A program made the translations under genes and the position numbers. A stretch of DNA of 61,644 nucleotides, counting the filler, from Pirum gemmata (lineage: Eukaryota), in the NCBI GenBank assembly GCA_002812295.1. It is 17 parts of 17 records of this genome, joined end to end, with 100 filler letters (N's around TTAATTAATTAA, not from the genome) between each part and the next. Parts side by side here need not be neighbours in the genome. Positions count along the whole stretch, not along the records: positions 1 to 5,212 come from PDIN01003608.1; positions 5,313 to 8,393 come from PDIN01003610.1; positions 8,494 to 11,553 come from PDIN01003611.1; positions 11,654 to 14,733 come from PDIN01003612.1; 13 more parts are not named here. One strand, written 5' to 3'. Below are positions 1 to 12,554 of the stretch, in pieces. Under the pieces are notes generated by a model that saw only the letters and a list, made by a program, of their open reading frames with translations, did not search any database and was not told where the DNA came from. Within the stretch, counting starts at the first letter, position 1, and each line of letters starts with the position of its first letter.

Positions 1-381
1 AATAATAATAATAATAACGTTGATAATGCTAGTAATAAACATCATATTGAATCTCCAGTAATTCCAAGAAATAGAGGATATACAAGCTCTGGTAAAAAAA
101 CCAAAAGATTTTCGACTAATTTATTAGATGTAGTAAAAGGGAATAGATCACAAGAAAAACAACAACATCGAATTCATATTATAACCGATTTTGAATCTTT
201 TGTTTTTGATTGTAATGTTGAATTGAACAAAACTTTTACTGTAAAGGACCTCGAAGTTTATTATGGTGTGAGTTTTACACATGCTACTACAGTCTATGGT
301 ACGGATGTAGAGGGTTCTGTACCTCTTGCCCAATTACAAAATAACTCGATGTTGATTTTGGAAGAATCTTTTAAAATTTAA
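1..381 (+). CDS. 3' part (terminal exon) of an unidentified protein-coding gene
   Basis: Frame 1 is open from base 1 to TAA at 379-381 (NNNNNNVDNASNKHHIESPVIPRNRG...HRIHIITDFESFVFDCNVELNKTFTVKDLEVYYGVSFTHATTVYGTDVEGSVPLAQLQNNSMLILEESFKI*). 126 stop-free codons are unlikely by chance in DNA this AT-rich. Confidence 0.65.
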   Translation, partial: NNNNNNVDNASNKHHIESPVIPRNRGYTSSGKKTKRFSTNLLDVVKGNRSQEKQQHRIHIITDFESFVFDCNVELNKTFTVKDLEVYYGVSFTHATTVYGTDVEGSVPLAQLQNNSMLILEESFKI

Positions 382-397
382 TCCGATTTTCAAGAAT

Positions 398-2363
398 AGG
401 GTTAGAGTTAGAGTTAGGGTTAGGGTTAGGGTTAGATAGGGTTAGGGTTAGATAGGGTTAGGGTTAAGGTTTATGGTACGGATGTAGAGGGTTCTGTATC
501 TCTTGCTTAATTACAAAATGTTGCAAATGGTTTTGGAAGAACCATGTAAGATTTAATCCGATTTTCAAGAATATGGTTAGGGTTGGTTAGGGTTGCCAGT
601 TAGGGTTACCTTATTAATTTAACTAATAATAAAAATATTATGTCAAAGTTTATAACTCGATGTTGCAAATGGTTTTGGATGTTGCAAATGGTTTTGGAAG
701 AACCGTTTAAGATTTAATCCGATTTTTAAGAATAGGGTTAGGGTTGGTTAGGGTTAGGGTTAGGGTTGGTTAGGGTTAGGGTTGGTTAGGGTTGGTTGGG
801 GCTGGTTAGGGTTGGTTGGGGCTGGTTAGGGTTGGTAAGGGCTGGTAAGGGTTGGTTAGGATTGGTTAGGATTGGTTAGGGTTGTCAGTCTGGGTTGTCA
901 GTTAGGGTTGCCAGTTAGGGTTACCTTAGAAATTTAACTAATAATAAAAATATTATATCAAAGTTTATAACTCGATGTTGCAAATGGTTTTGGAAGAACC
1001 GTTTAAGATTTAATCCGATTTTCAAGAATAGGGTTAGGTTGGTAAGGGTTGGTAAAGGTTGGTAAGGGTTGGTAAGGGTTGGTTAGGGTTGGTTAGGGTT
1101 GTCAGTTAGGTTGCCAGTTAGGGTTGCCAGTTAGGGTTACCTTATTAATTTAACTAATAATAAAAATATTATGTCAAAGTTTATAACTCGATGTTGCAAA
1201 TGGTTTTGGAAGAACCGTTTAAGATTTAATCCGATTTTCAAGAATAGGGTTAGGGTTGGTTAGGGTTAGGGTTGGTAAGGGGTGGTAAGGGTTGGTAAGG
1301 GTTGGTAAGGGTTGGTAAGGGTTGGTAAGGGTTGGTAAGGGTTGGTAAGGGCTGGTAAGGGTTGGTTAGGGTTGGTTAGGGTTGTCAGTTAGGTTGCCAG
1401 TTAGGGTTACCTTATTAATTTAACTAAATTAATAATAATAATAATAATATCACGTCAAAGTTTATAACTCGATGTTGCAAATGGTTTTGGAAGAACCGTT
1501 TAAGATTAAATCCGATTTTTAAGAATAAGGTTAGGGTTGGTTAGGGTTGGTTAGGGTTGTCAGTTAGGGTTGATTAGGGTTGGTTAGGGTTGGCTAGGGT
1601 TGTCAGTTTGGGTTGGTTAGGGTTGTCAGTTAGGGTTGGTTAGGGTTGCCAGTTAGGGTTACCTTATTAATTTAACTAATAATAAAAATATTATATCAAA
1701 AGTTTATTATTATGTGAGTTTTCTACACGAATGTAGAAAGGTTCTGTGCTTCTTACTCAATTATAAAATAACTCGATGGAAGAATCGTTTAAGATTTAAT
1801 CCGATTTTCAAGAATAGGGTTAGGATTAGGGTTACCTGTTAGGGTTAGGGTTAGGGTTGGTTAGGGTTACCAGTTAGGGTTAGGGTTTACCTTATTAATT
1901 TAACTAGCGGTACAGATGTGGAGGGTTCTGTACCTCTTGCTCGATTGCATAATAACTCGATGTTGGTTTTGGAAGAGATTTAATAATTTTAATCGAAATT
2001 CAATCCAAAATTTCATAAATGACGGTTAGGGTTAGGGATCTGTTAGGGATAGAATAAGGGTAAGGGTAAGGGTTAGGGTTAGGGTTAGGGTTAGGGTTAG
2101 GGTTANNNNNNNNNNNNNNNNNNNNNNNNNNNNNNNNNNNNNNNNNNNNNNNNNNNNNNNNNNNNNACCCCAACCCCAACCAACCCAAACCCCAATCAAC
2201 CCAAACCTTAACCAACCCAAACCTTAACCAACCCAAACCTTAACCAACCCAAACCCCAACCAACACAAACCTTAACCAACCCCAACCCAAACCTTAACCA
2301 ACCCCAACCCAAACCTTAACCAACCCCAACCAACCCCAACCCCCAATACCAATCCTGACCCTA
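398..2363. repeat. Compound tandem array: TTAGGG/GGTTAGGGTT/GGTAAGGGTT telomere-like tracts interleaved with about 7 copies of the upstream gene's 3' end
   Basis: The unit ataactcgatgttg...ggaagaa...gatttaatccgattttcaagaata recurs near 471, 653, 968, 1184, 1465, 1702 and 1908, separated by G-rich repeats. After the N gap at 2106-2166 the repeats are on the C-rich strand. Confidence 0.9.
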
Positions 2364-3545
2364 ACACAACTTTTTCGACATAGGTGGGATGGAAAGTGTG
2401 GTCCCTTATAAAAGTATGGAATGGATTTACAGTCAACTGCAAAAATATAATCCGAGTTTAAAACATAAGCTTCATATTTTCACAACAAAAGAAAAAGGTT
2501 GGCATTTTGCTTATATGTTAAATCATAAATTATTTAATAGTTTAGTCGATGAATTTTTAAAACAGTAAAATAATTATTGTCATAGGGATTAAAGTATAAT
2601 ATGACATAATATTTTTTATTTTTTTTTAATTATTGTCATAGGGATTAAAGTATAATAATTATTATGACATAATATTTTTTATTTTTTTTTATTTTTTGTC
2701 AAGGAGATGTGGGAAAACATAATCGAATAAAACAGCTCGATCCTAATTATTAAATAGTGACAATTTTGAAATGATATTCTTTTTTTTTTTCGAGTTTCAA
2801 GTCTTCCTATGAAATTTCTAAGAATTTTTTAAGAATTCAAAAGTGAGTCAATGTTTAAAATTGGATCGAAATTTTTCGAAAATTTCGAACTAGTCTCGAT
2901 TTTTCTCGCCTCCCAACATTCGATTTCAGGTTGAGCAACAAAAGAGAATTTCCTTCTCAATGTTTTTTAATAAATAATCATTACTAATTATTGGAAGAAT
3001 AAGAGTAAATATGAACGTTTTTTTGATTACTCTCATACATCCAAAAATGGTAATATTATATATGAGAATCTATGAGAGTGGGTAATGACGTCATCTATGC
3101 TAGCTTTATACTTTCCTCTATTTCATTGCAGTTGTCCTCTCAATCTTTAATTTGGTACTGTTTAAGTGTATAATTGGACTTGTTTATAAAATAAAATATT
3201 ATGTATAAAATACCAAAATAATTAAAACATGCCAGATAGTTTAATCATAATAATTATTTGGTATTAATACATTTATTTCAGTTTTTGAACTGAACAATAC
3301 TATTGAAAAACACGATATCTATCTATAGTTTCTTGTTCCAACTTCCAAGTTTTTTGAATACAACTCGCTTATTACGTCTCTTTTTTAAACATACCTTTTG
3401 TTCTAGATTGCCATTTTAATGACTCAGATTGTAATATAATGCACAGAACTCGTAGTTGTATATTTTAATTATCAATTATTAAATGATTATATTAATATAA
3501 AAGAATTAATAAATAAAAAAACATACACTAGTACTATATCAATTC

Positions 3546-3850
3546 ACCCTAACCCTAACCCTAACCCTAACCCTAACCCTAACCCTAACCCTAACCCTAA
3601 CCCTAACCCTAACCCTAATCCTAACCCTAACCCATTTTCCTTACTTAATTAGCCCTTATTACCCTTAAAACTATTAAGCTTAATTAACCTATATTAATAA
3701 CCCTTAACCCTTAACCCTTAACCCTTAGTAATCATTAAACATTTACCCTTCTTAACACTGGACCCTTAACACTTATTAACCCTTAAACCTTAACCCTTAT
3801 TAACCCTTAACCCTTAACCCTTAACCCTTAACCCTTATTAACCCTTAGCC
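3546..3850. repeat. Interstitial telomere-like (CCCTAA)n and variant (CCCTTAA)n tract
   Basis: Read directly. Similar tracts lie at 17264-17325, 21435-21543, 22871-23790, 29033-29450, 32030-32410, 32985-33597, 52515-52735, 60040-60083 and 61195-61445. Confidence 0.95.
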
Positions 3851-3963
3851 CTATAGCTACTACTAATTTAGCTAGTAGCTACTGCTACTGCTACTACTAC
3901 TAATACTATTACTACTACTAGTATTAATACTACTACTACTACGTATACTATTACTATTACTAT

Positions 3964-3998
<35 letters not shown>

Positions 3999-4009
3999 TG
4001 ACATACTAT

Positions 4010-4063
<54 letters not shown>

Positions 4064-5212
4064 GTGTATGATACTAATGATATCGACTACTTATTACTAT
4101 AATAATTATATTATTAATTAATAAAATTATTAGCTATTATCAGAAGACTAGCTAGCTATCAATACTAGCTAGACTAGTATGATAGCTAGCTAGCTCTATG
4201 GCAATATAATATTAAAAATTAATTTTTTTTTTTCGATCTAATATTTTTTTATATAATTATAAATACTCGAAAGACTTTCGAAAGGTTGATCGAAAAAATT
4301 CCTTGGAATTAGAAGGATAAACTGGCCTAAAAAGTACCATTTTTATGAAATTTTGAAAACCAAACAATTTTCTTTCAAACAAAAAAAAAATAAAGTTTGA
4401 TAGATGTCAAACTTATTGTTTTTTAAAGGCTTGAACATAAATATAAAACTTTTCGAGTTCTACATACTCTTCATAATGTTGGAGTTTTATAAGTGCAGAG
4501 GTTGATGTAGATAATAATACCTTGCTACTAGCTACTAGCTAGCTAGAGATTATTACTTAAAATAGATATTTATATCCTTAAAATAGTAGTTTACTATATT
4601 AAGTATTACTATTAATAGTTATAAGTTAACTTTTTATAGTAATTTAAGTCAAATTTTCAATTTTTGCCGTACCCTAGGTTGGTATTAGTATTATGACGTC
4701 ATGTCATCCCTCCTCTAGCTCTAGCTAGCTAGCTAGCTAGTAGCTAGTCTAGCTAGCTATTTATAAAAATGCAATGTTATTAAAAATTATTTCAGTAAGG
4801 GAGCGTCAAGGGGTAGGTAGGTAGGCGGTATTTGACCGGAAATTAACGTCAAGGGGTAGGTAGGTAGGGGTATTTTTTAGGCTGTATTTGACCAGAAATA
4901 TCCCTAACCCCAACGTTAACTGTTCATATTTGATAAAAATAATTTGTATGATAACAAACAAATAAGTAAAATAATATGATACCAAACTCTTTATTAGAAA
5001 CGATTACCGCCAAACCCTTATTTATAACTACCAGCACCTTTCTTTTTATTTGTATTGACAGTAAAGCTGACTTTTTCATTTGCTTTTATTTTTCCTTTTT
5101 CTGATTTTGTCTATCTACAATTTTATTATAAAATTTAATACTTTTGAATTTTTATTTAATTAATTTGTCATCATTTTTAAATTTTCAATAATAATAATAA
5201 TAATAATAATAA

Positions 5213-5312
5213 NNNNNNNNNNNNNNNNNNNNNNNNNNNNNNNNNNNNNNNNNNNNTTAATTAATTAANNNNNNNNNNNNNNNNNNNNNNNNNNNNNNNN
5301 NNNNNNNNNNNN
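5213..5312. other. Artificial contig-joining spacer (N-TTAATTAATTAA-N, stops in all six frames), first of 16
   Basis: The same 12-mer embedded in N runs at 5257, 8438, 11598, 14778, 18967, 22148, 25270, 28433, 31617, 34771, 37889, 41068, 44247, 51289, 55331 and 58511. Confidence 0.97.
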
Positions 5313-5604
5313 TTGTTTCGATTTTAAAATTATCTTTTTTTTTTTTAAAGTAGCCTTGTTTTTTCTTACAAAAGTTTACTAGCTGCTTTGTTAGCGACCT
5401 TTTATTTACTATATAAAATTTCTTATTTGTTCTAAATTGTTATTAGAATACCCTCTAGCTCAGGGAAACTGATTCCAATACTGGGTTTTAGTTTTACCGA
5501 GTTTTTTTTGTAATTTTATGACTTTCCCTTTCCTTTTTTCATTTCATTTCATTTTTATTTTTACCCCAACAAACAAACAAACAAACAAAACAAAACAAAA
5601 AGAA

Positions 5605-5635
<31 letters not shown>

Positions 5636-5937
5636 ATTCCCAAAAAAATTTTTTTTTTTTTTTTTTTTTTTTGATTTTTAGTATTTTTTTATTAGGCAAT
5701 TCTAAATTTAAAATTTGTATATATAAATCTAAAAAATATCGATTTTCTCAAATTGTATCCATTTGATTTTTTTCGATATCACAGAAAAAGCTCGTTTTTA
5801 TTTTTTTTCTATATCTGTATCGGAAATTTCATTTTTTGTTCTCCTTTAGATTTTTATTTGATAATTTTAATTTTAAAAATACGATAACTCAAGTTAGTAA
5901 AAAATCGTTCGTTAACACTTAGTATCGTCTTTCTTAG

Positions 5938-6138
5938 GGTGAGCTGAAAATTTTATATGAAGGATGGCGCTCTCAAATGATTGATTGTTTAGCGAATATT
6001 GATGTTGTAATTGACTTTGGAGAAGATGAACTTGACGTGCTAGACAGCGTTGAACCAGGTAATATTTCCCCTTTTTATTTTATTTCCTTTTATAAGTTTT
6101 TGGGACGTATCTAAAAAAAAACGAGTTTCTCAGATTCT

Positions 6139-6174
<36 letters not shown>

Positions 6175-6717
6175 ATAAAATTTAATAATAAAAGAAAGAC
6201 TAAGTATAAATAATAGAATGGTGATACTTTCTTTTACATAATTTTCTGATATTTTAAAAGAAGTAATTATTAGGTTCTGTTTGAAAAAAATTAATATGAG
6301 CAAAATTAATTATTTAAGTATAGACCATGCTAATAACCATTTATCCTTCCAATTTATGAAGCAAGTAACAATGTAATTTTATACGCAATATATTTAAATC
6401 AAAGTTGAGTAGTTTTTATCTTTTTTTTATTTCTTCTGTTGTTTTTAAGCTTTGAAGATTGCCAAACAATTGCATAGAAGCATATCATTGCACTTAAATG
6501 ATGACCGAAAGGGCGAAAGACTCAGAGACGGTAATTTTTATTTGTTTAGAAAGTTTATTATTTCTAACATCATTGTCGTTGTTTGTTTAATACACTATTA
6601 CCATTTACCTCTGCTGCTATCATTACCGCTGTCCTTGCCGTTATTTTCACTTTCGTTATTAGCATCATTCCCATTAGTATCCTTCCCATTATCATTACTA
6701 TTATCATCATTATCATT

Positions 6718-6767
<50 letters not shown>

Positions 6768-8036
6768 ATAATTATCTTATCATAATCATTGTAGTTTCTT
6801 TTTTTTTTATCATTAACATTTATTATGCTGTCATATTGTCTACGTTGGTGTTAGGAGTTCATATTGTAATTGTAGGACCACCCAACTCTGGAAAAAGCTC
6901 CATGATTAATTTACTGTGTAAGTATTATTGTTGAGTGTCCAGTGTTTTGTAATATTGTATTATCCTTCTGTTTTATAATAGTACTAAAGATTATATCATT
7001 GCTATGTGCAAGTACAAGCAAGTTATATCCTATTTTTAAAACGAAAAGAATTTCCATTAATTATGATTTAAACTCGATAATAAGCACATGGATAATTTAG
7101 TATTTTAGATGTGTTTGATATTAACTTTTTATCCTTTTTTTAGCACGCCGGTCAGCTGCAATAGTGTCAAATATTCCTGGTACAACACGTGATATCGTTG
7201 AATCGTTTGTGGTAATCCTATTTTAAACAACTAATAACAACGTGTATCTGCTAATAACTATATGAATACTAAACAATGCTATCAACATTTATAACTTTTC
7301 TAGCAAATGCACACAATAAGTAAACAATTGCTTACCGTTATTTTTACTTTTACTATTACCATTATCCATCGGTATCATTATCATTATCACTACATCATTG
7401 CATCATTGTATCATTTATTATTATTATTATTATTATTATTGGCATTATTATTATCATTGTCATTACCAATTTATCATAGTCATTATAGATTGGATTTATT
7501 TTTATAATTATCATTACTATGTTGCTATATTGTTAACGCTGTTATGTTTATGAAAAAAAAAAAAGGATATTGGAGGATACCTTATACAACAACTAATAAC
7601 AATATTAATACTGAACAATTATTGTATCATTCATTATCATCATCATTATTATTATCATTGTCATTATCATTGTCATTGCCATTACCAATTTATCAGTCAT
7701 ATTTTGTTATTATAATTATTATGTTGCGATTGTTAACTTTGTTATTTTTACGAAAAAAAAAAAAAAAAAAAAGGATATTGGAGGATACCTTATACAACAA
7801 CTAATAACAATATGAATACTGAACAATGCTCTACCTATATTAATAAACTTTGTAGGGAAACAATTGCCTTTATCTGATCTTCATAAAGTACTTACTTAAT
7901 ACTAAAACATTATGTGTATGAAAAAAAAAAAAAAAAAGGATATCGGAGGATACCCTGTTATAATCGCCGACACTGCTGGTATAAGAGAAACCGAAGATAG
8001 CATTGAAAAAGAAGGTGTAAATAGGGCTTTGGAAAG
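5938..8036 (+). CDS. GTPBP3: tRNA modification GTPase MnmE/TrmE/GTPBP3 (Mss1), five internal exons
   Basis: GT-AG exons 5938-6058, 6450-6530, 6855-6917, 7144-7211 and 7939-8036 splice in frame to [31 protein letters not shown]...[90 protein letters not shown]. This has G1 (GxxNxGKS), G2 (GTTRD), G3 (DTAG) and the MnmE IDF-ED motif. Confidence 0.95.
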
Positions 8037-9419
8037 GTTTTGCTTTTACTTTTTATTGTTTTTATTATATTCATTTGTGTTTTGCAATAAATACTGTTGT
8101 GGTATCTGTTTATTAGTTATTGTTATGTTGTCCTGTTATTGTAATGTTTCATTTTTAACATTGTTATTGTTATTTTTATACTGTTATAGGTTGTATGATT
8201 ATTATTGTATTGTTGTATTGTTGTATTGTTGTATTGTTGTATTATTGTATTATTGTATTGTTGTATTGTTGTATTGTTGTATTGTTGTATTGTTGATTGT
8301 TGCATTGTTGTATTGCTGTATTGTTGTATTGTTGTGTTACATTATTGTTGTGTTGCTGTGCTGTATCATTGTATAATTGTATTGTCGTATTGTNNNNNNN
8401 NNNNNNNNNNNNNNNNNNNNNNNNNNNNNNNNNNNNNTTAATTAATTAANNNNNNNNNNNNNNNNNNNNNNNNNNNNNNNNNNNNNNNNNNNNAAAAAAA
8501 AATACAATAAAAAAAAAAAGCTAAAAAAAAAAAAAAAAAAAAAAAAAAAGCTCCAAGTTCTTTGCACTTTTCTGAGTGTTGACGTTTCGAAAAACTTTTT
8601 TTAAATTTTTTTTTTTTGAGATTTTCGTTTTTGAAGAATTTCCAAAGTTCACTATCATAGTTTTAAATCCCCAGTATGATCCATTTATTTAATAATGCTC
8701 GCGCTTATAATCATCTCGCTTATTATTATTATTATATATAATTTATATTCGAAAAATACAACCTTTCTTATCAACCTAACGCACTCCTAACGCTAAACAG
8801 TTCGCTAAAAGTTCGCTAAACCCATTTTTTTAAAAAAAAAATTAAAAAATTCCTAAAAACGACAAAATGAATTTAATTTCGGCAAATTTGTTTTCGATCG
8901 GATGGACACCATGCAGGAAAATATAATCGAATCGATCCTAATTATTAAATAGTGACAATTTTGAAATAATATTTCTTTTTTTTTTTTTTCGAAATTCAAG
9001 TTTTTTCAAATTTCTAAGAGATTCCTTTTTTTTTTTTTTTTTCGAAATTCAAGTTTTTTCAAATTTCTAAGAGATTCCTTTTTTTTTTTGAAATCAAAAA
9101 CGGAGTCAATGATTGAAAAATTTCGAAAATTTCGAATTAGTCTCGATATAAAGTTATTATAATATTAAAAAAATTTATTCACAAGTGGTTTGTTCATAAT
9201 GTTTTTTTTTAAAAAAAGGCATGAATTTTATTTTATAACCCATGTTACCCCTTAGTACCCCTTTTTTAAGGTGCATTGTATACCTACAAGGAATGTAGAC
9301 ACTTGTTAAAAAGTAGGCCTCTTCAAGGTCAAACCCTCTTCACATTCTACCCCATATTTGTGCATTTATAAATTATTTTTGGTTTATTTTTAGCTTCCCT
9401 GTATTCTCCCATGACGCTA

Positions 9420-9960
9420 TTATTACTTTGAAAGTTCGAACTATACAATTACTAATACGTTTGATTTTTTTTTTTTTTTTTCAAATGGAGGAGGTTAAAA
9501 AAAAATTCCTTTTTTTTTTTTATTTATTAAAAACAAAAATTCTACCCCATTAAAAAAGTCGGGCAGAATGTGAAGAGACCTACAGGCTTGAAGGTGAGTT
9601 GTGGACTTTACAACGTGTGTTACTGATCAAGTTGTTTTTTTAGTATAGTATCATATAAAACCAACCTTTTTCAACTCTCTTAATGAAATTAAGTCTTTGA
9701 AAGTTCGAGCTTACATAATTATTAAAAAGTTTGAAAGTTTTTTTTTTTCGAACGGAGGTTAAAAAACTCTTTTTACTTTTTTTTTTTTTCATTGGAAAGA
9801 AAAAATTCTACCCCATTAAAAAACTCGGGCATAATGTGAAGAGACCTACCTTTAAGGTGAGCTGTAGACCTTAAAACGTGTGTTACTGATCAAGTTGTTT
9901 TTTTTTTAGTATATAATATAATTACTTGGATCAGGGAAAACCAACCTTTTTCAACTCTCT
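9420..9960. repeat. Two diverged ~270-bp tandem copies
   Basis: ctttgaaagttcga...ttctaccccattaaaaaa...aatgtgaagagacctac...acgtgtgttactgatcaagttg...aaaccaacctttttcaactctct occurs at about 9426-9680 and 9695-9960. Confidence 0.8.
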
Positions 9961-10299
9961 GTACCCTGGTTTTCTGAGATTTCGTCGCTCCAGTTTTAGT
10001 TTTTTAATTGGTATCTTCAAATTTTCTTTATAATACTAATTGAATGACTAAAAAAAGCCAAAATAATTTTTGGAACTTTTTGTTTCTATTTTACTTGCGA
10101 AGACAAAAAAACTGAAAAACAATATGTATTATACGTATTGTGTTAATTACTATAGCGTACAATGCGTATTGTACGAAAGTGTCCCTCTTTCGAAATTTGG
10201 CAGGGCACTATTAACAGCAGTCATGATTAAACAGTTACTAAATATGAAAATAATTCCCTTAACCAAAAATAGCCAAATATGGAAATATTTGAAATCATT

Positions 10300-11190
10300 A
10301 AAATTTAACCCCAACGTTTAGTAATTCATTTCTAATTCCTTAACTTATTTAGTAGTTTGTTTATCAAAAATAACCTAGCAAAAATAACTATTTTTTCAAC
10401 GCCATATCACATACAACTAGAAATTTACGAAGCACATTTTTTTTTACAATTAATAATGATAATTATAATCATTATAACTAAAAATAGTACATATAATACT
10501 AAATATGGAATTACTTATACTCATCATAATTTAATCCCAGAGTTGAGTAATTTCGTTTCTAATTCATTACCTTATATAGTAATTTGTTTACCAAAAATAA
10601 CTGTTTGTACAACGACGATCGGCGATCATATCACATACAAAAATATTTAGAAATTTACAGCAATTTTTTTTACAATTAATAATCATTAGAATTATTATTT
10701 TTTTACAATATAACCAAAAGTAGTCCATATAATACTCAATATGGAAATACATGTACTCATCATAATTTAACTTACCTTATATAATAATTTGTTTACCAAA
10801 AATAACTATTTGTACAACGGCGGTCATATCACATACAACTATATTTAGAAATTTACAGCAATTTTTTTACAATTAATAATAATAATTAGAATCATTATAA
10901 CTAAAATTAGTACATATACTACTAAATATGGAAATACTTATACTCATCATAATTTAATCTCAGCGTTTAGTAATTCCGTTTCTAATTCCTTACTTTATAT
11001 AGTATTTTTTTTACCATAGCCATTTTACAACAGTAGTCATACTACATACAACTATATATATGCACAATTTATTCTTACAATCAATTAATAATAATAATAA
11101 GAACTATTATAACCAAAAATAGTCCATGGAATTACTTGTACTCGTATCATAATTTAACACCAGCATTCAGTAATTCCGCTTCCAATTCTC
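10300..11190. repeat. About 4 diverged 210-240-bp tandem copies overlapping the end of the adjacent exon
   Basis: cataatttaa...agtaatt.c.tttctaattc and catatcacatacaa...gaaatttac recur near 10305, 10524, 10761 (partial), 10948 and 11147. Confidence 0.85.
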
Positions 11191-11242
11191 TTAACGAATT
11201 GACAAGGGTCAGAACTTCATCGTGTCTACCGTTTTTTTGAGC
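11147..11242 (-). CDS. Last exon of a Rabenosyn-5/Vac1-like protein (Rab-binding Rbsn helical hairpin)
   Basis: An AG acceptor precedes AQKNGRHDEVLTLVNSLRELEAELLNAGVKL*, which fits the Rbsn pattern A-x3-GR-x-DEV-x2-L-x2-(N/S)LREL at the protein C-terminus. Only 31 aa are visible. Confidence 0.7.
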   Translation of the reverse strand, partial: AQKNGRHDEVLTLVNSLRELEAELLNAGVKL

Positions 11243-11761
11243 CTTTTTTTGTGTGTGTGGAAAAAAATAATAATAAAAAAAATGAGAATACTGAAATAAT
11301 AAAGTAAAAAAAAGAAAGAAAACAAATAAAATCAATTTATTAATTTATTAATTAATAATGATGATGATGCTAATGATAATGATAATGATAATGACATGAT
11401 AATGATAATAATTATAATAATAATAATAATAATAGTATTAATAATATGAATAATAATGATAATGATAATAATAATGATAATAATAAAAATAATAACGATA
11501 ATAATAATAAAAATAACGATAATAATAATAATAATAACGATAATAATAATAATNNNNNNNNNNNNNNNNNNNNNNNNNNNNNNNNNNNNNNNNNNNNTTA
11601 ATTAATTAANNNNNNNNNNNNNNNNNNNNNNNNNNNNNNNNNNNNNNNNNNNNATTATTATTAATTGTTATTATTATTAGAAAAAAAGAAAAAAAAAAAT
11701 TAAAAAAGAAAAAATTGATTGATAATTTTTATTTTTATTGATGATTGATTATAATTATAAG

Positions 11762-12490
11762 CTATGAAAGTTTCCTTTGATGGACAATTGCCACCAGTCA
11801 GTGCTGGTATTAGCAAACAAGATGTACAATTACAACAACGACAAATAGATAGTAATCGTAGCACTAGTATACCTGTGAAAAATGTAAAGACAAGGTCACT
11901 ACAATCGGGCATGATAAATTTTAAAGTATCAACAAGACGAACTAGTTTAGAATCTCAATCAGATTCAGATTTAGATCCAAGCACACAAGATCAAGATGAA
12001 TTCTCTCCAAAATTACAACGGAGAAATATGAATAGACGTGCAGTTCGAAAATCAAAATCAAAATCAAAATCAGAATCAGAATCAGAGCTAGGGTCAGAAT
12101 CAGAATCAGACTTAGAACCACATGTGCAAGGACCTTCTTCTCCAAAATTACACGTACAACGAACAAATCAACACAAAGTCAACGTTCGAAAACTAGAATC
12201 AAAATTAAAATCTGATTTAGATTCAGATCTAGAACTAGGGACACAAGAACAAGAACAACAAATAGAGCAAGACCAGCATTTCTCTCAAAAATTACAGAGA
12301 AGAAATCAGCCAAGAGTTCGAAAAAAAGCAAGGCCTCTTTCGAGCTCGTTCATTTTAGAAAAAGAATTACACAATAATATACACCAAAATCTTTTATGCA
12401 GTACGAGTACGAGTCCTTCGTTAAAATCATTATCATCATTACCAAGTCAAACACTGGAAGAGCAACAATTTTTAACTTGTTACCAAGACC

Positions 12491-12554
<64 letters not shown>

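Noticed and set aside
471..2000. Repeat-spacer pattern as a CRISPR array
   Set aside because: The repeats derive from the adjacent gene end, lengths vary, the spacers are telomere-like simple repeats, and there are no cas genes.
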